Shown one piece after another: positions 38,502 through 46,461 of a stretch of DNA of 64,000 nt. Made by a program: the position numbers and the translations under genes. Origin of the DNA: Candidatus Obscuribacteraceae bacterium (GTDB taxonomy: Bacteria; Cyanobacteriota; Vampirovibrionia; Obscuribacterales; Obscuribacteraceae); assembly GCA_044226015.1 (NCBI GenBank), contig JBGAHS010000007.1, forward strand, positions 320,001 to 384,000, in the 5' to 3' direction. Below the pieces are notes generated by a model, which was not told where the DNA came from, made no database searches, and saw nothing but the letters and a program-made list of their open reading frames with translations. Each line of letters opens with the position of its first letter. Positions within the stretch are counted from its first letter, which is position 1.

Positions 38502-38502
38502 T

Positions 38503-38584
38503 GGAAATGAGGCGAGTGGAAGCAAGCTCGTTGCTAACGAGTCATCCAATTGGATAGCAGGTTCGAATCCTGTCATTTCCGCCA
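38503..38584 (+). tRNA. tRNA-Ser(GCT)
   Basis: GGAAATG/CATTTCC; GCTCG-TTGCTAA-CGAGT; variable arm ATCC-AATT-GGAT; CCA encoded. Confidence 0.85.
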
Positions 38585-38585
38585 A

Positions 38586-38661
38586 GATCGTCTGGCAGTG
38601 AAAGTTCATGCGCTGGTCTGAAGAACCAGATATCTCGGGGCAGTACCGAGGGCGATCACCA
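38586..38661 (+). tRNA. tRNA-Phe(GAA), non-canonical T-loop
   Basis: GATCGTC/GGCGATC; CTGGT-CTGAAGA-ACCAG; CTCGG-GGCAGTA-CCGAG; CCA encoded. Confidence 0.8.
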
Positions 38662-38663
38662 AT

Positions 38664-39683
38664 TTATTTCGGATAAAGGCGACGCAAGTTTTGCAAATCG
38701 TGAGAGCTTGGTTCGCAATTAGCCGCAAGAGTGCAAAACATTACGTCATCTGGCGATGCGCTGTGTTTCATTAACCCAAGGGCGTGTCCGATTTCGTGCA
38801 AACACAAAGCTCTAACATCTCTATTTGTCAGGCTGTTCCCTTGTCTTTTCGTGAGTAGTTTTATCTGAGCATGCGTTACACTGCCGTGACTTTTGTTGAC
38901 TACCGTTTCTCCGCCTTCGCTTGTTGAGGCTAAAGTCTTTGCATTGTCTATCCACATGCATTCTATATCGGCTGATTTGCGGTTTGATACGAATTCGAAG
39001 CTGATTACGCCAGCTTGACTCCATGTAAAAAATGCATTTTGTAAAATTACGTTGAATTCGGGTCTGAATCCCTCAATTTGATTTGCTGACTGAACAAACA
39101 CTCTGACTCGCCGCTTATTCCAATTGAAATCGCTTGTAGTTCCGACTGCGCTCAAAGCAGATTCTGCTTTCAAATGAGCGATGATGTCGCTGATGAATGA
39201 GCGATCGGTGGCGTTTGGAAATTCACTGAGGTACTCGCTGTAAAGTTCAATGGCGGTCTTGAAGTCGCCCCTGAGTTGATAGGCAGCGGCGAGTGATTGC
39301 AGTATTGCCGGTTCGTTTGGAGCCAATTTGAATGCTAGCTGCAAGTGAGGAAGCGCTTCAGCTGCCCGTCCTGTGCGATTTAGTACGAAACCTAAATTGC
39401 AGTGCGCGCATGCGAATTCTGGTTCAAACAAAATAGCTTGCCTGAGTCTTCCCTCGGCTTCTGTGAAATTGCCGGCGGTGATTAGCTCGTACGCAAGCTC
39501 ATTGAGTTCGACTGCATAGGTGTCGTTCTCTTTCTGGTTCGAACGAAATCCTAAAGAAGAGATAGGGCTGCCGACAAATAGAGGATTCGATTCGCCGTAT
39601 GGTGCTGGTAGCACGGCCGGTGGCATCATTAATAAAACCTGGCAAGCCAAAGCTATCGCCGCACGTGCTGTAAATGCCCGCAA
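38664..39683 (-). CDS. TPR-repeat plus matrixin (M10) metalloprotease
   Basis: Signal-like N-terminus, TPRs, HEIGHALGLMKHS, DVMF; same architecture as 27911-29119. Confidence 0.88.
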   Translation of the reverse strand: MRAFTARAAIALACQVLLMMPPAVLPAPYGESNPLFVGSPISSLGFRSNQKENDTYAVELNELAYELITAGNFTEAEGRLRQAILFEPEFACAHCNLGFVLNRTGRAAEALPHLQLAFKLAPNEPAILQSLAAAYQLRGDFKTAIELYSEYLSEFPNATDRSFISDIIAHLKAESALSAVGTTSDFNWNKRRVRVFVQSANQIEGFRPEFNVILQNAFFTWSQAGVISFEFVSNRKSADIECMWIDNAKTLASTSEGGETVVNKSHGSVTHAQIKLLTKRQGNSLTNRDVRALCLHEIGHALGLMKHSASPDDVMFCTLAANCEPSSHDLQNLRRLYPK

Positions 39684-39938
39684 ATCTGATTACCAATTAA
39701 CCCAAGCTTCATTACTATACACTCATACACTTTAGTATGACAAGTTCAGGTTTTTGTACATTCTACATCTTCTGTATTTTCATTCCGTCTTTGTTTTGGG
39801 TGCTTGAAAACGTTTTCTACACCCGCTTTCAAAGATTAGATTTGATGACGCGGGATTAATTTTGCGATATTGGAAATGCGCTGTTGCTGACAACCGTAGT
39901 GGTATCAGATAAGGTGTCAGGGAAAATTCCTTTCTAAA

Positions 39939-40832
39939 TCATGCTTTGAACATTTTTCTTAGCCAGTTATGCATGGGATTGCTTTGATTTCGAACGTGCC
40001 AATAAAGATAAATCGGAAAGCTGGGTGCTTTGAAGGGTAGTTCTCTTGCTGTAAATTGTGCTTGAGTGGCGAGTTGCATACCAAGTTTGCGAGGCAGGGT
40101 TGCAATAAGATCTGATTCTGCCACCACGAACGATGCCGCGAGAAAATGCGGCACCTTTACTATCACATTCCGCTGCTTGCCCATCTCCGCCAATGTCGCA
40201 TCAATGCGCCCAGTCTTTGAGTCAGCAAAGGAGACTGCGCAATGCTTCAGTTCAAGATAGCGCTCTAAGCTCAGCTCTTCCTCTGCCGCGGGATGCGTTG
40301 ATGCCAGCACTGCAATGAAGTTATCTTTCAGAACTGTTGCTCGATGTAGAATCGCAGATTGCTTTTCCGTTCCAGACAGAACGAAATCGACTTCATGTTG
40401 TTCCAGCGGAGATAGGTCATCGCCTTCAAGAGGAACTACTCGGAGTGTTAGTTTGGGCGCTTCAACCGTAATTTTTTTTATTATGTCTGGCAAAATGGCA
40501 ACCATTTCGTAGTCGCGAGTCGCAATCAAAACCTCTCCTTGCATCTGCGCCGGTTCGACAGTCGGGTCGGTTATTAGATGACTGATTTCATTCAATATAG
40601 ATTGCAGGGGTTGATGCAAGCCGCTAGCCCTGGCTGTTAGTGTCATTCCTCTGGAACCCTTGACCAAAAGCGGGTCTTTGAACATCACTCTTAAACGACT
40701 CAAAGCCCTGCTCATTGCAGGCTGGCTCAGTCCGATTTTGTCAGCCGCTCGGCTCACATGTTGCTCGTCTAACAGAGCTTTCAGGGCGATAAGCAGGTTG
40801 AGGTCTAGAGACTCGATATTCACTTCGCGCAT
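39939..40832 (-). CDS. LysR family transcriptional regulator (NodD/LeuO-like)
   Basis: LDLNLL.AL.ALLDE..VSRAA..IGLSQPAMSRAL.RLR..F.DPL. Start moved to ATG 40832. Confidence 0.95.
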   Translation of the reverse strand: MREVNIESLDLNLLIALKALLDEQHVSRAADKIGLSQPAMSRALSRLRVMFKDPLLVKGSRGMTLTARASGLHQPLQSILNEISHLITDPTVEPAQMQGEVLIATRDYEMVAILPDIIKKITVEAPKLTLRVVPLEGDDLSPLEQHEVDFVLSGTEKQSAILHRATVLKDNFIAVLASTHPAAEEELSLERYLELKHCAVSFADSKTGRIDATLAEMGKQRNVIVKVPHFLAASFVVAESDLIATLPRKLGMQLATQAQFTARELPFKAPSFPIYLYWHVRNQSNPMHNWLRKMFKA

Positions 40833-40849
40833 AGACAGAATATAAATTA

Positions 40850-40866
40850 TGCATTGGACGAATGCA
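40850..40866. promoter_or_regulatory. Palindrome in the divergent LysR promoter, candidate LysR box
   Basis: TGCATT-N5-AATGCA, containing T-N11-A. Confidence 0.5.
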
Positions 40867-40953
40867 AGGGTTTCTTTTACCTTAATCCAAGTAAGCAACC
40901 AAATACCTGGCGACTTGCTCAATAAGCTTGATTGCATCCGATGGAGGACACCA

Positions 40954-41763
40954 ATGAAAACACTTAGAAAACCATCACTGGTATCAAGCAAGACAAATGG
41001 TTGCATCCTCAAAGTCGAATTGAACAGAACTGAGAGTGTTAACGCCTTAAATCCCGAGTTGATAGCTGAGCTCATCGATGTATTTTGCGTGCAAGCTAAA
41101 AGACCGGGATTGCGTTTGATTTATCTTTCTGGGGCTGGAACATCCTTCTGCTCTGGCTTAGATCTAGCCTGGATGAAGGCAAGCAAAGAACTGAGCGACC
41201 AGGAGAATTTTTTTGATACTGATCGTTTGTATCAGTTGTTTTTAGCTATGCAAAGTTGTCCTATACCTATTTTTACCCACGTTCGTGGTGTCGTATTTGG
41301 TGCCGGCGTTGGCTTAGCTGCTAGTTCAGATGTAGTTGTAGCAGAACCGAACTCCAGATTCGCTTTGACTGAAACACGATATGGTCTTGTACCTGCCATT
41401 ATGCTTCCAGTCGTCATTGAGAAATTGGGAAAAAGTCGAACCAGAGAACTTTTGACTACAGGGCGCGAATTCGATGTAAATGAAGCCGAAAAGTTCGGTT
41501 TGGTTCATTTCATAATTGAAGCTAATGAGGGCGAAGAAAAGATTTGCGAACTGATTGATAAGATTCTTTCTTGTGCACCAGAAGCAGTTGTAGAAAGCCG
41601 TCAGCTGATTCAGGAAATTCGAGACTTGCCTTTCGAAGCCGCGCGTCATGAACTGGTAAGCTCATTATCTCGTAAGCGAACAAGCCCAGAAGCGCAGGAG
41701 GGACTTCTCGCTGTCTTCGAGAATCGCGAGGCTTCTTGGGTTTTGGCGGAATGGTCTTTGTGA
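40954..41763 (+). CDS. Enoyl-CoA hydratase/isomerase (methylglutaconyl-CoA hydratase-like)
   Basis: LNR....NAL, FCSGLDL, GAGVGL, FALTE..YGL.P. GGAGG RBS before ATG 40954. Confidence 0.9.
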   Translation: MKTLRKPSLVSSKTNGCILKVELNRTESVNALNPELIAELIDVFCVQAKRPGLRLIYLSGAGTSFCSGLDLAWMKASKELSDQENFFDTDRLYQLFLAMQSCPIPIFTHVRGVVFGAGVGLAASSDVVVAEPNSRFALTETRYGLVPAIMLPVVIEKLGKSRTRELLTTGREFDVNEAEKFGLVHFIIEANEGEEKICELIDKILSCAPEAVVESRQLIQEIRDLPFEAARHELVSSLSRKRTSPEAQEGLLAVFENREASWVLAEWSL

Positions 41764-41874
41764 CAATCGTACGCTAAGAATGACAGCTTGGAATCTCAAA
41801 GGGTTCTTATGTGATTTCTGCGATAATATCGGTCAGCTTTGCGCTGATCTGGTCACCATCCGCTGAGATTCAAA

Positions 41875-44472
41875 ATGAGTGAGCGAACTAAAAAGTCCAA
41901 GGAAGCAATTTCGGAACCCTCTGGCAAAAAATCTGCTGAAAAGCAAATTACTTCTCTGGACAAGGAGATTCATCAGCAACGTGAAACAGAGAGTCAGTTC
42001 ATTTCTGTTAGAGGTGCGCAGCAGCATAACCTGCGGAATATAGACGTTCTGATACCTCGAAATTCTTTTGTTGTTTTTACTGGAGTTTCTGGTTCTGGAA
42101 AGTCGTCACTTGCCTTTGGCACAATTTACGCTGAAGCTCAAAGACGCTATTTTGAGTCGATTGCTCCGTATGCTCGCCGCCTGTTGGAGCAGCTGCCAGC
42201 TCCGCGTGTTACTGAAATTTCTGGCTTGCCACCAGCAGTAGCGCTGCAGCAGAGGCGTGGAGAACCAACAGTTCGCTCTACTGTAGGAACTCTTACAACC
42301 CTGTCTAACTCATTGCGTATGCTGTTCTCGCGTGCTGGCACTTATCCTTCCCATATTACTGAAAAGGTTGATTCGGATATATTCTCTGCTAACACGCCAG
42401 CAGGAGCCTGCCCTGCCTGCCACGGTGTCGGTCTTGTGCATGATGTAACAGAGCAATCTTTAGTACCCGACCCGAATTTAAGTATAAGGCAGCAAGCTGT
42501 TGCCGCATGGCCCGGCGCCTGGCAGGGCAAGAATTATCGCGATATTCTTGCAGTGCTCGGATACGACATCGATAAGCCCTGGAAAGACCTTGCGCAAAAA
42601 GATCGCGACTGGATTTTGTTTACTGAAGAAAAACCAGTTGTGACGGTTTATGCTGAAAGGGAAGCTCACCGTATTCAACGCCCTTATCAGGGCACTTATA
42701 TGAGTGCCGCGTCTTACGTCCGCCACACATTTACCACTACAGGTAGTGCTACGTTAAGGAAGCGCGTCACTCAGTTTATGGAGTCGCGAGCCTGTCCTGA
42801 ATGCAAGGGGAAGAGGCTGAAAAAAGATGCTCTTTCTATAAAATTTGCTGGTTACGACATTGCAGATTTGCAGGAGATGCCTCTGGCGAGTCTTGCTCAG
42901 GTACTGCGAAGTGCAACTGAATTGAGTAGCGGCTCAACGCCATGGTCGAGTGACACGCACGAAATAGCAGAAATGATCGTTAATGACTTGCTGGAAAGAA
43001 TACAGCTGCTTACAGATCTCGGTTTAGATTATCTGGCGATGAACCGCACGACTCCCACCTTATCTGCAGGAGAGCTGCAACGTCTTCGCTTAACAACGCA
43101 ACTTCGTTCAGGGTTATTCGGTGTTGTGTACGTGCTAGACGAGCCGTCGGCCGGACTTCATCCGGCTGACAGTTTGGCGCTTATGAAGATGTTGCAAAAT
43201 CTAAAAGAAGGTGGCAATTCACTCATTCTTGTTGAGCATGAGATGGAATTGGTGCGCAAGGCAGATTGGATAATTGATATTGGTCCAGGAGCCGGCGAAC
43301 AGGGAGGGAAACTTTTGTATTCGGGCTTGCCTGATGGTCTGCGAGCAGTTGCAGATTCCAAAACAAGAGAGTATCTATTTCCTGAGAAAGGAAAACGAAA
43401 ATACAGGACACGCTCTCCAAAGGCATTTCTGAAATTGCATGGTGTGAAACGGCACAATCTCAATGAGCTTGATGTTGAATTTCCTTTAGGAGTGTTCACT
43501 GCTGTGACTGGGGTTTCTGGTGCAGGAAAGTCATCTCTTGTTAGCCATGTCTTGTATGACAGTGTTGCTTCACAGCTTGGAGTTGTTGAAGAAGATGATG
43601 AAACTAGTGCTCATGCAAATGAGGGTTTTCAACCCGATGATACCGCATCTAGTACTGTAAGAAAAATAGATGGAATGGATACGATCAAGAGATTAGTTCG
43701 CGTGGACCAGAGACCGATAGGACGAACACCTCGATCAAATCTGGCGACTTATACTGGTTTCTTTGATAACATTCGCCAGAAATTTGCCTCAACAGATGAG
43801 GCTAAAAAGCGTTCTTATAATGCAGGACGATTTTCCTTCAACGTTGCCGGGGGCAGGTGTGCAACATGTGAAGGCGAAGGTTTTGTTGCTGTTGAACTTT
43901 TATTTCTGCCGAGTGTTTATACGCGATGTTCAAGCTGTCATGGCACAAGATATAACGAGCAAACTCTGGAAATCAAATATCGAGGAGTTACTATCGCTGA
44001 AGTTCTTGAAATGACGGTGGACAAAGCTGCTGAGTTTTTTGTTGAAATAGCAGCAGTTGCGAGGGCTCTAAAGACTTTGCAAGATGTAGGTTTGGGATAC
44101 CTACGTCTTGGTCAGCCAGCAACCGAATTGTCGGGTGGCGAAGCTCAGAGAATAAAACTAGCCACAGAACTTCAGCGTGTGCAAAAAGGGAACACTCTTT
44201 ATATTCTGGATGAGCCCACGACTGGGCTTCATCCAGCAGATGTCGAGCTGTTGTTATCACAGCTACACGAATTGGTTGAAGCAGGCAATACGGTAATTGT
44301 TGTTGAGCATGACATGGATGTGATTAGCAACGCTGACTGGATTCTTGATATGGGTCCCGGTCCAGGTGCTGATGGTGGAAGAATTGTCGCCTGCGGACCG
44401 CCAGCAACTATTATCAAGTCCAGAGACAGCAGAACCGCTCCATTTCTAAAGGACAAGTTTGTATTTAATTAA
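41875..44472 (+). CDS. uvrA: Class II UvrA-like ABC ATPase (short; appears to lack the UvrB-binding domain)
   Basis: Two Walker A motifs ([16 protein letters not shown]), [15 protein letters not shown] motifs, Zn-finger CxxC pairs; 865 aa. Confidence 0.88.
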   Translation: MSERTKKSKEAISEPSGKKSAEKQITSLDKEIHQQRETESQFISVRGAQQHNLRNIDVLIPRNSFVVFTGVSGSGKSSLAFGTIYAEAQRRYFESIAPYARRLLEQLPAPRVTEISGLPPAVALQQRRGEPTVRSTVGTLTTLSNSLRMLFSRAGTYPSHITEKVDSDIFSANTPAGACPACHGVGLVHDVTEQSLVPDPNLSIRQQAVAAWPGAWQGKNYRDILAVLGYDIDKPWKDLAQKDRDWILFTEEKPVVTVYAEREAHRIQRPYQGTYMSAASYVRHTFTTTGSATLRKRVTQFMESRACPECKGKRLKKDALSIKFAGYDIADLQEMPLASLAQVLRSATELSSGSTPWSSDTHEIAEMIVNDLLERIQLLTDLGLDYLAMNRTTPTLSAGELQRLRLTTQLRSGLFGVVYVLDEPSAGLHPADSLALMKMLQNLKEGGNSLILVEHEMELVRKADWIIDIGPGAGEQGGKLLYSGLPDGLRAVADSKTREYLFPEKGKRKYRTRSPKAFLKLHGVKRHNLNELDVEFPLGVFTAVTGVSGAGKSSLVSHVLYDSVASQLGVVEEDDETSAHANEGFQPDDTASSTVRKIDGMDTIKRLVRVDQRPIGRTPRSNLATYTGFFDNIRQKFASTDEAKKRSYNAGRFSFNVAGGRCATCEGEGFVAVELLFLPSVYTRCSSCHGTRYNEQTLEIKYRGVTIAEVLEMTVDKAAEFFVEIAAVARALKTLQDVGLGYLRLGQPATELSGGEAQRIKLATELQRVQKGNTLYILDEPTTGLHPADVELLLSQLHELVEAGNTVIVVEHDMDVISNADWILDMGPGPGADGGRIVACGPPATIIKSRDSRTAPFLKDKFVFN

Positions 44473-44586
44473 GTGTCAATTCGGTTTGAAATAGTCCGAT
44501 TGGTTGATCGCCAACCATTCTTTCGGGTGGAGAATTCAATTCCTTGCTGGTGCTACATTGGGCTTCATTAGCATCGGAGGATCTTT

Positions 44587-46245
44587 ATGAGTATGTTTTG
44601 TTACCAGTGCGAGCAAACCTCGCAGTGTACGGGCTGCACAACCATGGGTATTTGTGGAAAAACTCCGGAAACTGCTGTTTTGCAAGACGTAATGGTTTAT
44701 CTCGCAAAGGGTATTTCTCAATATGCTGACCGCTGCAGAGGATTTGGTGTCGTTGATAAAGAGATCAACGAACTAACTCTGGAGTCATTGTTTATGACTT
44801 TGACCAACGTCAATTTTGATGAAACGGAGCATGTGTCGTATATCAACGAAAAAATGATTCCCGCTCTGGAGAAAGCTCGCAACCTATATTTGAGCACTTG
44901 CAAAGAAAAAGGTGTAAGTCCTGAGCAAGTGCTCGGACCTGGTGAGTGGTCGGGCAAGAAGACAGCAAAAGAGCTGGGTGAATTTGGGGCAGCGATTGGT
45001 ATTTTGCAGAGAGCCAGAAGTTCTTCTGAAGATATCATTTCTTTGCAAGAACTCCTTACCTACGGCGTAAAAGGATTGGCTGCATATGCGCATCACGCAC
45101 AGCTTCTCGGTTTTGTGGATGAGCAAATTTACGCTTTCGTACACAAGTCATTTAATTACCTGACTAAGTCCGAACAAACAATTGATGGATTATTGCAACT
45201 CTGCTTAGAAGCAGGCAAAGTAAACTTTGTAGTCATGGAGCTTCTGGATAAGGCTCATACAGAGTCTTTCGGAAACCCTGAACCAGGATCGGTGCGCACG
45301 ACACCAGTAAAAGGAAAGTGCATTTTGGTTTCTGGTCACGATTTGAAATCACTATATGAATTACTGAAGCAGACCGAAGGTAAGGGCGTAAACGTTTATA
45401 CCCACGGTGAATTGCTGCCAGCTCATGGCTATCCTGGTCTCAAGAAATTCAAACATCTTGTGGGTAATTATGGTACTGCATGGCAAAATCAAGTCAAGGA
45501 ATTTGAACAATTCCCAGGCTCGATCGTGATGACAACTAACTGTTTGAAGCCGCCAGCAGAATCCTACATTGGACGATTGTTCACAATGGATGTTGTCGGT
45601 TGGTTGGATGTGCCAAAAGTTCAAAACTATGATTTCACTTCTGTGATCGAATCGGCCCTGGCTCAGCCAGGATTCACTGCTGATGAAGCTGCTCATGAGA
45701 TTACAGTTGGCTTTGGACATAATGCAGTTTTGGGCGTCGCTGCTAAGGTAATTGAACTTGTGAAGGCCGGCAAAATAAGCCATTTCTACCTCATTGGTGG
45801 CTGTGACGGTGCTGAATTCACGCGCAATTACTTCACCGAATTTGCAGAAGAAGTACCAGCCGATGGTGTCATTCTGACACTGGGCTGCGGCAAGTATCGA
45901 TTCAATACTCATGATTTTGGAGCAATTGATGGCATTCCGCGCTTGCTTGATATTGGCCAGTGTAATGACACCTATTCTGCTATCAAAATTGCATCGGCTC
46001 TAGCTGACGCGTTTGGATGTGGCATAAACGAATTGCCACTTTCATTGATCATTTCTTGGTTTGAACAAAAGGCAGTCGCAGTGCTGCTTACGCTACTCTA
46101 TCTCGGGGTGAAAAATATCAGGCTAGGTCCAAATCTTCCTGCCTTTGTAAGTCCAAACGTATTGAAAGTACTGGTAGATACTTATGGACTCAAGCCGACA
46201 GGAAGCCCCAAAGCCGATCACGAGGCTATCTTGCAGAAGGCATAA
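44587..46245 (+). CDS. hcp: Hybrid cluster protein (hydroxylamine reductase)
   Basis: MFCYQCEQT...CT..G.CGK, SGHDL, YTHGE, GGCDG, GCGKYR, GQCND, SWFEQKA. Confidence 0.97.
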   Translation: MSMFCYQCEQTSQCTGCTTMGICGKTPETAVLQDVMVYLAKGISQYADRCRGFGVVDKEINELTLESLFMTLTNVNFDETEHVSYINEKMIPALEKARNLYLSTCKEKGVSPEQVLGPGEWSGKKTAKELGEFGAAIGILQRARSSSEDIISLQELLTYGVKGLAAYAHHAQLLGFVDEQIYAFVHKSFNYLTKSEQTIDGLLQLCLEAGKVNFVVMELLDKAHTESFGNPEPGSVRTTPVKGKCILVSGHDLKSLYELLKQTEGKGVNVYTHGELLPAHGYPGLKKFKHLVGNYGTAWQNQVKEFEQFPGSIVMTTNCLKPPAESYIGRLFTMDVVGWLDVPKVQNYDFTSVIESALAQPGFTADEAAHEITVGFGHNAVLGVAAKVIELVKAGKISHFYLIGGCDGAEFTRNYFTEFAEEVPADGVILTLGCGKYRFNTHDFGAIDGIPRLLDIGQCNDTYSAIKIASALADAFGCGINELPLSLIISWFEQKAVAVLLTLLYLGVKNIRLGPNLPAFVSPNVLKVLVDTYGLKPTGSPKADHEAILQKA

Positions 46246-46328
46246 GCAAGAAAATATTTTGCTGAAATCCTGTTAATGGATGCCAGAATTAGCTTCCCTG
46301 AGTTCAAATTTCCGAAAAATGAGAATTC

Positions 46329-46448
46329 TTGAATGGACTGCCAGCCCGCAAGGGCTGGCAGTTCTACGTTTTGGGTCTCGCTTGGGTGGTGACATTCCCA
46401 TTGACCCCTTCGCCCCCCGCGACTGTAATGGTGTGGGAGCCCGAGCCA
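46329..46448 (-). mobile_element. Possible non-autonomous IS200/IS605-family remnant (right-end hairpin plus TCAA)
   Basis: Minus strand reads AGAA-CTGCCAGCCC-TTGC-GGGCTGGCAG-TCCAT-TCAA, the layout of IS605 right ends; GC-rich 120-bp block preceded by TTTA on the minus strand. Confidence 0.4.
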
Positions 46449-46461
46449 TAAAGGACAAGCC

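Noticed and set aside
34400..38700. Prophage or integrative element carrying the tRNAs
   Set aside because: No integrase, structural genes or flanking direct repeats (att sites) were seen.
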